A stretch of 32,000 nt of DNA from Erysipelotrichaceae bacterium OH741_COT-311. Lineage in GTDB: Bacteria; Bacillota_I; Bacilli_A; Erysipelotrichales; Erysipelotrichaceae. Numbering within the stretch: position 1 is the stretch's first letter; every line of letters begins with the position of its first letter. Below, piece after piece: positions 8,947 through 16,136 of the stretch. The notes under the pieces were generated by a model that saw nothing but the letters and a program-made list of their open reading frames with translations, did no database searches and was not told where the DNA came from. The stretch spans positions 1 to 32,000 of the forward strand of contig RQZE01000010.1 of the NCBI GenBank assembly GCA_003858585.1, given 5' to 3'. Both the position numbers and the translations under genes were made by a program.

Positions 8947-9001
8947 ACGCACACCTCTTTAAACGTTTGTTTAATATTTAATTTAATATCTATTTAAATA
9001 A

Positions 9002-9030
9002 AGTATACTATTTCAATTTATTTTTGTAAA
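9002..9030 (-). promoter_or_regulatory. Candidate SigA-type promoter of the MFS/ArsR operon
   Basis: Minus strand TTTACA-17 nt-TATACT, about 55 nt upstream of the MFS start. Confidence 0.45.
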
Positions 9031-9076
9031 TACTAAATTTTAAATTAAATAATTACTTAATCATAATTATATTCTG

Positions 9077-9110
9077 CAAAACAAAAACAAACCTTTAAAG
9101 GTTTGTTTTT
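9077..9110 (-). terminator. Intrinsic terminator of the ankyrin / EF-G-paralog operon
   Basis: Palindrome AAACAAACCTTT/AAAGGTTTGTTT (9085-9108) followed on the minus strand by a T-run, directly after the stop at 9117. Confidence 0.75.
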
Positions 9111-9116
9111 ATTACA

Positions 9117-11189
9117 TTAATCTTCGTCTTCGTCTTTTACTGCTTCTTTAATTACCTTATCAGAAATATGGGCTGGTGCTTGTTCATAGCGGTCAAATTC
9201 CATATTATATACACCACGACCTTGTGTCATACTTCTTAACTCTGTCGCATACTTCTGCATTTCAGACATTGGAACTTCTGCTGTAATGACTTGATCTTTA
9301 TCCTCATTTAATTCCATACCGACAATCATTCCACGACGTTTATTAAAATCACCAATAATTGTTCCTGTATATTCTTCCGGAACTTCCACAATAACTTTAC
9401 CTACCGGCTCAAGTAACACAGGTTTTGCTTTTGGCATACCTGCCTTATAAGCTAACCTTGCTGCTGCTTTAAAGGCAATTTCTTTACTATCGACATCGTG
9501 ATAGCTTCCATCATAAAGCGTTGCTTTTACACCTACAACTTTATATCCAGCCAATACTCCCTTATTCATACATTCTCTTAAGCCTGCCTCCGTTGCAGGG
9601 AAATATTGTTTAGGAACTGCACCACCAAATACCTCTTCTTCAAATACCATTTCTTCACTTTCACATGGTTCAAAACGAATCCATACATGACCATATTGTC
9701 CTGCACCACCTGATTGTTTTTTATGTTTACCTTCTGCCTCAACTTTGCCACGAATTGTTTCACGGTATTGAACTTTTGGCTGTGTTGTTGTAACTTCTAC
9801 TTTATATTTTGTTTTTAACTTATTAATCACAACATCAATCGCTTGATCACCCATTGCATATAAGACTTGTTCATGCGTTTCAATGTTTTTATCTAATCTT
9901 AAAGATTTATCTTCTTCTAACATTTTAGCAACCGCAAAACTCATCTTATCTTCATCAAGTTTTGTTTTTGGCCAAATCGCAACACCAAGCATTGGTTTTG
10001 GAAACTCAATTTCATCAAATACTACCACTTTATTTTTTAAACACAATGTATCATTTGTATCTGTATTAGAAAGTTTAACCACACAACCAATATCTCCGGT
10101 AAACAATTTACCTGCTGCAACTTGGTTCTTACCTTTAATTAAATAAATTTGAGCAATCTTTTCATTTTGTTCTTTCTTTGAATTATAAACAACAGAATCG
10201 CTAATTAACGTTCCACTCATGACCTTTAAGAATGAAATTTTACCAACAAACGGGTCAATAATTGTTTTAAAGACAAATGCTGATAAACTTTCCTTTTCAT
10301 TTGTCTCAAGTAACACTTGATTACCATCAAGATCTTTCGCTTCCACAACTCCTTTTTCAGCATAAGAAGGGAAATACTCAATGATTAAATCCATTAAACG
10401 ACGAATACCTGTTGAATGGGTTGCACTACCGCAATAAACTGGACGTATATCCCCATTACGTACACCAATACGTAAACCCTTAGCTACTTCTTTTTCATCA
10501 AATGTTTCTCCTGAGAAAAACTTTTCCATTAACTCTTCATCTTGCATTGCAATTGCTTCAGCAATTTGTTGATAATACACACTTACTGCCTCTTTTAAAT
10601 GATCAGGAACTTCCTTAGCCGTTTCACGATCAGCATAATACCAAGCCTTATTTCTTAAAATATTAACAGAACCCACTACAACACCATTTTCTACAATTGG
10701 CATTTCAAATGGAATAACCGTCTTACCAAAATGTTCTCTTAGCTCATTATATGTCTTATCAAACGAAGCATTTTCTTCATCAATTTTATTAATAAAGAAA
10801 ATCGTCGGTAATTTTTTACGATTGACAATCTTCCAAGCCTTTAGTGTGCCAGCTTCTACGCCTTCTTTTGCACCAACAACAATCAAAGCATTATCTCCAA
10901 CACGAATTCCAGCTCTTTGTTCTCCTTCATAATCCAAATAACCTGGAGTATCAATAAAGTTAATTTTGCAATTTAACCACTCTACCGGCGCTAAAGCTGT
11001 AAATACAGATTGTTGACGCTTCATTTCTTCTTGGTCATAATCCAATGTACAGTTACCATCACTAATTTTACCTAAACGATCAATCGCTTTTGTAAAATAT
11101 AACGCAGCTTCTACTAAACTTGTTTTACCACTTCCACTATGTCCTAACAAAACAACATTGCGAACTTCACTTGCTAAATAGTCTTTCAT
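9117..11189 (-). CDS. Elongation factor G paralog (EF-G2-like translational GTPase)
   Basis: G motifs GHSGSGKTS, DTPGY and NKID. Domain IV has YDGSYHDVDSKEIAFK and domain V has LEPV...VPEEYTGTIIGDFNKRRG...LRSMTQGRG. The switch-I region (EEMKRQQSV) diverges from the canonical RGITI. ATG 11189 sits behind an AGGTG RBS that overlaps the ankyrin stop codon. Confidence 0.85.
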   Translation of the reverse strand: MKDYLASEVRNVVLLGHSGSGKTSLVEAALYFTKAIDRLGKISDGNCTLDYDQEEMKRQQSVFTALAPVEWLNCKINFIDTPGYLDYEGEQRAGIRVGDNALIVVGAKEGVEAGTLKAWKIVNRKKLPTIFFINKIDEENASFDKTYNELREHFGKTVIPFEMPIVENGVVVGSVNILRNKAWYYADRETAKEVPDHLKEAVSVYYQQIAEAIAMQDEELMEKFFSGETFDEKEVAKGLRIGVRNGDIRPVYCGSATHSTGIRRLMDLIIEYFPSYAEKGVVEAKDLDGNQVLLETNEKESLSAFVFKTIIDPFVGKISFLKVMSGTLISDSVVYNSKKEQNEKIAQIYLIKGKNQVAAGKLFTGDIGCVVKLSNTDTNDTLCLKNKVVVFDEIEFPKPMLGVAIWPKTKLDEDKMSFAVAKMLEEDKSLRLDKNIETHEQVLYAMGDQAIDVVINKLKTKYKVEVTTTQPKVQYRETIRGKVEAEGKHKKQSGGAGQYGHVWIRFEPCESEEMVFEEEVFGGAVPKQYFPATEAGLRECMNKGVLAGYKVVGVKATLYDGSYHDVDSKEIAFKAAARLAYKAGMPKAKPVLLEPVGKVIVEVPEEYTGTIIGDFNKRRGMIVGMELNEDKDQVITAEVPMSEMQKYATELRSMTQGRGVYNMEFDRYEQAPAHISDKVIKEAVKDEDED

Positions 11190-11198
11190 GCTAATCAC

Positions 11199-11867
11199 CT
11201 ACTTCAAATAATCCTTTAATTCTAAGAAACAATGTTCACGAACATAATGAATTGCTTTATTTCCTTCATGGTCAACAATATCTTTATCTGCACCTTTATT
11301 TAATAAGTAAATAACTAAATCTACATAACCGCCGTAACTAGCTCTCATAAGCGCTGTACACCCTTTATTATCTTTCGCGTTAATATCTGCACCGGCATTA
11401 ATCAAAAAATGAATAACATCCACTTTAAACGCTAAAACAGCTTCTGATAATGCACTACGTCCACGATTATCTTTCGCATTAACATCTGCTTTATGACTCA
11501 CTAACAACTCACATACATCCACATGACCTAAAAAAGCTGCACGCATCAGTGAATTACGACCATTGTTATCATGAGCATCAACATCGGCACCACTTTCAAT
11601 CAATAATTTACAAATATCTAAATGCCCTTTTTTAGCTGCACCCATTAAAGCAGTCTTATTATCTTTATCACGAGCTCGAACATTTGCGTTATTGTCTAAT
11701 AAGAAACGAACAATATCTTCGTACCCACGTTTTGCACTACGCATTAAACCAGTACGTCCATCTCCATTTTTAACATTAACATCTGCTCCCTTTGAAACAG
11801 CCGCACACACTTTGGCAAAATCACCACTTGCACATGCATCAAAAAATTCTTTGTTTGTTAGATCCAT
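11199..11867 (-). CDS. Ankyrin-repeat protein (5 full plus 2 capping repeats), cytoplasmic
   Basis: 33-residue periodicity with G..TALM.AA..G..D.V..LL..GADVNA.D in each unit. AAGGAGG RBS 8 nt before ATG 11867. No signal peptide. The stop overlaps the RBS of the EF-G paralog. Confidence 0.9.
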   Translation of the reverse strand: MDLTNKEFFDACASGDFAKVCAAVSKGADVNVKNGDGRTGLMRSAKRGYEDIVRFLLDNNANVRARDKDNKTALMGAAKKGHLDICKLLIESGADVDAHDNNGRNSLMRAAFLGHVDVCELLVSHKADVNAKDNRGRSALSEAVLAFKVDVIHFLINAGADINAKDNKGCTALMRASYGGYVDLVIYLLNKGADKDIVDHEGNKAIHYVREHCFLELKDYLK

Positions 11868-11897
11868 AATAGTTTCCTCCTTAGTTACAAACAATAT

Positions 11898-11926
11898 AAA
11901 TAAAAAGCGGACACATTAATGCCCAC
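11898..11926 (-). terminator. Intrinsic terminator inside the 5' leader of the ankyrin/EF-G operon (candidate attenuator)
   Basis: Minus strand GUGGGCAU-uaau-GUGUCCGC (8 bp: 4 G-C, 1 A-U, 3 G-U) followed by UUUUUAUUU, 30 nt upstream of the ankyrin RBS. Confidence 0.55.
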
Positions 11927-11934
11927 CGAAAAAC

Positions 11935-12015
11935 CTAATTTGTCGTACAAACCCCGTTTAAAACATCGTCCTCACTTACATTATACAAATTCCAAACATG
12001 ATTAACAGTATTCAT
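11935..12015 (-). CDS. Candidate 26-codon leader peptide MNTVNHVWNLYNVSEDDVLNGVCTTN
   Basis: GGAG RBS 8 nt before the ATG. The TAG stop lies 8 nt upstream of the terminator stem. The ORF sits inside the transcribed leader downstream of a consensus-like promoter. Confidence 0.35.
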   Translation of the reverse strand: MNTVNHVWNLYNVSEDDVLNGVCTTN

Positions 12016-12047
12016 AAACGTCACTCCAATCAGGTATCTTTAGTAAT

Positions 12048-12076
12048 ATTGTAAACGCTATCACATCTTAATGCAA
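12048..12076 (-). promoter_or_regulatory. SigA-type promoter of the leader/ankyrin/EF-G transcription unit
   Basis: Minus strand TTGCAT-17 nt-TACAAT, starting 8 nt after the upstream gene's stop. Confidence 0.6.
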
Positions 12077-12083
12077 GAACTTT

Positions 12084-12764
12084 TTACCTTAACCACCCTT
12101 CATACTTTTTATAATCCGGCATATAAGCTTGTATGATTTGATAAAACCGTTTAGAATGATTAAATTCTACTAAATGAACTAATTCATGCAGTAACACATA
12201 ATCCAAACAACGAATATCAAAATGAATTAAATGTACATTCACATCAATGTGATTCTTCACTTTATTACACTGTCCCCATTTTCCCTTCATCTTCTTAACA
12301 TGGATGCTAGGATCATAAAAACCAAATACGGAAAGATCTTTTATCCACTTTTCTTTTAAATCAAAAATCGCAACTTCCAACTCTTTTTTAGCAAACTGAT
12401 AAAACAAATGTAAAGCATAATCTTCATCCTCTTTTAAACTATAAATACAAATACGATTTCCATCTATTAAAACATCATTAAATGAACTTAAAATAATATC
12501 AAAATAAAATCGATTTCCATAAAAATAGATATAAGGTCCTTTTAATCCTATATACTTTTTTCCATTTATAGAATCATACTGTTTAAGATGGGTTTCTATC
12601 CAATCCTTTTTCTCTTCAATAAACCTTAACACTTGTCTTTCATCTACATGAAAAGAACATGTAAGCTTTAAGGTAGTTTTATCAACCACCCTAAGATACA
12701 TGTTTTTAATGCGTTTTCGTATAATCAAGACTTGGATTTTTTGTTGATTAATTACGATTTCCAT
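12084..12764 (-). CDS. DUF45/YgjP-like (M48-related, SprT-like) zinc metallopeptidase-fold protein
   Basis: C-terminal LLHELVHLVEFNHSKRFYQIIQAYMPDYKKYEGWL (HExxH...NH motif). The start is uncertain: ATG 12764 or TTG 12791. Either overlaps the degV 3' end. Confidence 0.75.
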   Translation of the reverse strand: MEIVINQQKIQVLIIRKRIKNMYLRVVDKTTLKLTCSFHVDERQVLRFIEEKKDWIETHLKQYDSINGKKYIGLKGPYIYFYGNRFYFDIILSSFNDVLIDGNRICIYSLKEDEDYALHLFYQFAKKELEVAIFDLKEKWIKDLSVFGFYDPSIHVKKMKGKWGQCNKVKNHIDVNVHLIHFDIRCLDYVLLHELVHLVEFNHSKRFYQIIQAYMPDYKKYEGWLR

Positions 12765-13596
12765 TAATTTTCTTAACACGTCCAAAAGCAAGTGTTCCAG
12801 GACCTACATGGGCTAAAACAACTGCTCTAATTTTATTAATGAATACAGGTCTACCAATCTTAGCTTCAATTTCTTTTGCATAGATGGCTGCTTCCTCTTC
12901 CATTTCCGCTTCAATCACATAGAAATTATAATCATCATAATTCTCTACGTTCAATAATTCATTGAAAGCTGTTTGATGGGCTTTCTTTAAAGTACGAACC
13001 TTATCAAATACATCAATAGCACCATCTTCAAACTTCAAGATTGGAAAAATCTTCAACAAGCTCGCTAAGGCTGCTGCCGCAGCAGAAATACGACCTCCAC
13101 GCTTTAAATATTTTAAATCACCAGGAATAATCCAAGCATTCATTTGTCCTTCTTGTTCCACAAGTTCTTTGATTTGTAATGGTGTTAAGCCTTGCTTTAC
13201 AAACTCTTTAATTTGTAAACATAAATCAGTTAAAAAATAACATACATGCTTCGCATCAATGACTGTAATTTTACCTTCATACTCACTTGCAACCGATACC
13301 GCTGTTTGATATGTACCACTTAACTTATGTGAAATAGGAACAAAAATAATATGATCATATTCTTTTAGTAATGCATCAAAACTTTGTATTAAGTGTCCAG
13401 GAATCGGTTGAGAAGTACTTACTGTTTTATTGTTTTTCATTTCTGAAAGTAATTGTTCAATCTTAATTTGTTCTTCTTCCATATATTCTACATGATCTAC
13501 AATTACCGGCATTCTTACCACATGTATTCCTAATTCGCTTGCTTTTACTGCATCAATATCTGCAGATGAATCTGTCAAAATTGCAATTTTATTCAT
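12748..13596 (-). CDS. DegV-family fatty-acid-binding protein
   Basis: IAILTDSSADI, STSQP, ISHKLSGTYQ and YLKRGGRIS motifs. AGGAG RBS before ATG 13596. Confidence 0.9.
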   Translation of the reverse strand: MNKIAILTDSSADIDAVKASELGIHVVRMPVIVDHVEYMEEEQIKIEQLLSEMKNNKTVSTSQPIPGHLIQSFDALLKEYDHIIFVPISHKLSGTYQTAVSVASEYEGKITVIDAKHVCYFLTDLCLQIKEFVKQGLTPLQIKELVEQEGQMNAWIIPGDLKYLKRGGRISAAAAALASLLKIFPILKFEDGAIDVFDKVRTLKKAHQTAFNELLNVENYDDYNFYVIEAEMEEEAAIYAKEIEAKIGRPVFINKIRAVVLAHVGPGTLAFGRVKKINGNRN

Positions 13597-13712
13597 AATT
13601 ATCAACTCCTAACTATTTTAAATTCTATCAAATGCTTACTTCATAAACAAGCAAATTTAGCTAGTATCTGACTCTAGATAACAACATAAACATAACTACA
13701 TTTATACCATAC

Positions 13713-13740
13713 AAATAAAAAAACCTTAATTCTAAGGTTT
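13713..13740 (-). terminator. Intrinsic terminator downstream of tRNA-His
   Basis: AAACCTTA-gaau-TAAGGTTT followed by TTTTATTT on the minus strand. Confidence 0.65.
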
Positions 13741-13752
13741 CTATCACTATAA

Positions 13753-13829
13753 TGGGGCGATTGACGGGGATCGAACCCGCGAGTGCTGGAGCCACAATCC
13801 AGAGTGTTAACCGCTTCACCACAACCGCC
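13753..13829 (-). tRNA. tRNA-His (anticodon GUG) with the extra 5' G(-1) and an encoded CCA
   Basis: Minus strand GGCGGTTGTGGTGAAGCGGTTAACACTCTGGATTGTGGCTCCAGCACTCGCGGGTTCGATCCCCGTCAATCGCCCCA. Anticodon stem CTGGA/TCCAG with loop TTGTGGC. T-loop GGTTCGATCC. The acceptor pairs GCGGTTG with CAATCGC, and G-1 pairs with C73. Confidence 0.9.
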
Positions 13830-13842
13830 ATTAGCACTATAT

Positions 13843-13871
13843 ATGATACATGAAATAACTATGTTTGTAAA
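13843..13871 (-). promoter_or_regulatory. Candidate promoter of tRNA-His
   Basis: Minus strand TTTACA-17 nt-TATCAT, ending 13 nt upstream of the mature tRNA 5' end. Confidence 0.5.
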
Positions 13872-13889
13872 GGATAAAATACAAAATAA

Positions 13890-15023
13890 TTATGGAAACA
13901 ATTTATGACTCTTAAGTAATGCATAAAGCTTAGGTTGAAGATGAAATTTCTCCATTAACGCTTCTACTTCTTTTAACATTTGATGCTTGATTGAAGCAGG
14001 AATATGCGTTTTTCCTGCCCTTATCAATAAGTTTTTAGCAGTATGCTGCAAATCAATAAACTCTAATAATTGTGTCTTATAGCCCATAGATTGTAATAGG
14101 TTGCAACGTATTACATCAGTATAAATAGCTGATAAACGTTCTTTAGCAATACCATATCTTGTAAGAATAGAGAATTCCTCACAATGTATCTGACTATTTA
14201 ATTCATGTTGACAACATGGAACACTAAAAATCATTTTAGCATTCCAAATAATTGCATTAAAAAGAGCATAATCCGTTGCAATATCACAAGCATGTAAAGT
14301 AATGACCATATCTACTTCATAATCAACTTTATATCCATGAATATCTCCAATTTCAAATCGCAAGTTATGATAACCATATCGTTTGGCAACTTCGTTACAA
14401 TGTACAATAACATCTTCTTTTAAATCCAATCCGACCATTGAAACATCAATCTGTTTTACTTTTGTTAAAAAGTAATATAACACAAATGTTAAATAAGACT
14501 TCCCACAACCAAAGTCAACAATTGTTAGCTTCTTATATTCTTTTTGTTTTAATTGATCATCAATGATTTCTAAAAATTTATTAATTTGTTTAAACTTATC
14601 ATACATTGAAGCAATAACTTTACCCTCTTTGGTAAAAATACCCATATCTACTAACGGAGGTATCAACATTCCTTCTTTTAAGATATAATGCTTCTTACGA
14701 TTGTGTTCCAATGTTTTCTTTGCTACTTGGTTTTTGCTTTTACCAATCATAATTTTATTTTTTTTACTTACTTTTAAACAATATTCATATTGTTCATCAA
14801 AACTATTAACCTGTTTATAATGTTCTATATACGTTAAAAGATAATCCATTAAAGAAATAGCATTATCATGAAATACCTGTTTATCTGTATATTTACTGGC
14901 GATATACTTATTATCTTTTATTTCAATCACAATTTTATAATATGGAAATGTTTTATCTTTTACATTACTTAACACAATTTTATAGGTAGTATCATGAAGA
15001 ATTTGATTTAAATATGTTTCCAT
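13890..15023 (-). CDS. Class I SAM-dependent methyltransferase (Methyltransf_32-like), substrate unknown
   Basis: Motif I IVDFGCGKSYLT, followed by LHACDIATD and PCCQHE motifs that I recall from this family. Confidence 0.75.
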   Translation of the reverse strand: METYLNQILHDTTYKIVLSNVKDKTFPYYKIVIEIKDNKYIASKYTDKQVFHDNAISLMDYLLTYIEHYKQVNSFDEQYEYCLKVSKKNKIMIGKSKNQVAKKTLEHNRKKHYILKEGMLIPPLVDMGIFTKEGKVIASMYDKFKQINKFLEIIDDQLKQKEYKKLTIVDFGCGKSYLTFVLYYFLTKVKQIDVSMVGLDLKEDVIVHCNEVAKRYGYHNLRFEIGDIHGYKVDYEVDMVITLHACDIATDYALFNAIIWNAKMIFSVPCCQHELNSQIHCEEFSILTRYGIAKERLSAIYTDVIRCNLLQSMGYKTQLLEFIDLQHTAKNLLIRAGKTHIPASIKHQMLKEVEALMEKFHLQPKLYALLKSHKLFP

Positions 15024-15045
15024 TATTTCACCCTACTATATTTTA

Positions 15046-15753
15046 TCAAACATTATTTAAATATTCTAATACCTTTGACTCATTATGAAGAATCGATTCT
15101 TCTTTTACTTCATAACTATCAAAACTGACATATAATTCGATTTCTCCTACTTTACTTGCATTGGATAATACCTTCACCGCTTCTTGTGAAATTGCTAAAA
15201 CGCAAATATGTGGTACTCCATTTGACCTTGTATCATCTAACGTTAATCCTTTACGATCTTTAATCGAAATAATACGTACATGACTCAATACTTTATCAAA
15301 AATAGGTTGTTCATGTTTCATTGGTAACGATACATAAATATCTACATACTGCCCTTCTACAATTGTATTGCCATTTAATTTATTTAAATCTACCGGCAAA
15401 GAAAAAGTCACTTGATTTTCCTTAAGTAATAAAGAAGGATAATCCGGCAATTGCTTTATATCAAATAAACTTGAAGCATAAAACATACTGCCTTCAGGAA
15501 TGGATGTATAAATATCCGTATATTTACCTAAAAGATCTTCTTTATGTAAAATCACTTGATCAATTTGATATCCTTGCACAACATCAATGTAAGAAATATC
15601 TTCTTCTGTAATTAAACTTCTTGGGGCAATGGTCTTATTGGCAATTGGAATTTTCACCATTTTTATCAAATTCATTTTTAAAATTATTACATAACCATAC
15701 CCTAACAAAGCTATAACAAGTAACATTAAACAAACACTAAATATTTTTTTCAT
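15046..15753 (-). CDS. Membrane-anchored CpaB/RcpC-like protein with a SAF domain
   Basis: N-terminal TM helix. SAF-like segment IANKTIAPRSLITEEDISYIDV...LLGKY...IPEGSMF. Then VTFSLPVDLNKLNGNTIVEGQYVDIYV, typical of the CpaB C-terminal domain. No tad/flp genes nearby. Confidence 0.45.
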   Translation of the reverse strand: MKKIFSVCLMLLVIALLGYGYVIILKMNLIKMVKIPIANKTIAPRSLITEEDISYIDVVQGYQIDQVILHKEDLLGKYTDIYTSIPEGSMFYASSLFDIKQLPDYPSLLLKENQVTFSLPVDLNKLNGNTIVEGQYVDIYVSLPMKHEQPIFDKVLSHVRIISIKDRKGLTLDDTRSNGVPHICVLAISQEAVKVLSNASKVGEIELYVSFDSYEVKEESILHNESKVLEYLNNV

Positions 15754-15798
15754 ATAATCACCTCTTTACCTTTTTATAGTCAAAAAGGTGTTATTTGC

Positions 15799-15827
15799 TA
15801 AAAAAAGTAGTGCAAATATGCACTACT
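15799..15827 (-). terminator. Intrinsic terminator of the rnf operon
   Basis: AGTAGTGCA-uauu-TGCACTACT followed by TTTTTTT on the minus strand. The stem overlaps the rnfB stop codon. Confidence 0.75.
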
Positions 15828-16134
15828 AAGGTTTTACATTTAACACCTTTCCATCTGGACCAGGTGTAGAATTTAAATATTCTGCAATTTTTATTTTTGC
15901 ATCCATTTTTGACGGTTTACATAAACTAACCGTATTTGTATCTTGTGATACTAACGCTTCTGCCATCCCCTTACAGCCAGCATAACCACATCCACCACAG
16001 TTAATACCAGGAAGCATAGAGATAACTTGATCAATACGATTATCAATTTCTACATGGAATACGATAGAAGCAACCCCTAAAACAAGCCCCATCAATCCAC
16101 CAACTACCAACATAACTAAAACGGCATTTAACAT
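15826..16134 (-). CDS. rnfB: Short RnfB-like subunit: membrane anchor plus N-terminal Fe-S domain only, with no ferredoxin-type 4Fe-4S domains
   Basis: 102 aa. TM helix, then LPGINCGGCGYAGCKGMAEAL...LCKPS and KIAEYLN, colinear with the first ~100 residues of E. coli RsxB as I recall it. The ORF stops where the CxxCxxCxxxCP domains normally begin. Confidence 0.75.
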   Translation of the reverse strand: MLNAVLVMLVVGGLMGLVLGVASIVFHVEIDNRIDQVISMLPGINCGGCGYAGCKGMAEALVSQDTNTVSLCKPSKMDAKIKIAEYLNSTPGPDGKVLNVKP

Positions 16135-16136
16135 AC

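Noticed and set aside
9883-10146. Antisense or alternative-frame ORFs inside long conserved genes. This one is an example. Others are 530..778, 721..930, 1626..1835, 1852..2121, 2952..3173, 4219..4407, 5686..5907, 5835..6110, 9578..9763, 11692..11919, 17362..17586, 20774..21040, 25416..25598, 26705..26998 and 27922..28113.
   Set aside because: All lie within or opposite strongly supported genes. They have low-complexity AT-driven translations (Ser/Leu/Phe/Lys rich), no RBS and no recognisable motifs.
9117-11189. The EF-G-family gene as a Tet(M)/Tet(O)-type ribosomal protection (tetracycline resistance) gene
   Set aside because: The G1 motif is GHSGSGKTS (EF-G2 style), not the AHVDAGKTT type. 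The domain-IV tip keeps the translocase-like SYHDVDS, and domain V is EF-G-like. The sequence supports only an EF-G paralog, and no resistance call is justified.
12748-12791. A 44-nt overlap between degV and the DUF45 gene as a sign of a frameshift or fusion
   Set aside because: The overlap depends on choosing the outermost TTG start. An ATG at 12764 gives a 17-nt overlap typical of coupled genes, and both proteins look full length.
15754-15825. Recent frameshift or pseudogenisation of rnfB, with the ferredoxin-domain remnant downstream
   Set aside because: Only 72 bp separate rnfB from the next gene. They are occupied by a terminator and the next gene's upstream region, and no CxxCxxCxxxCP-coding remnant is visible. 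The short form appears to be the native gene.
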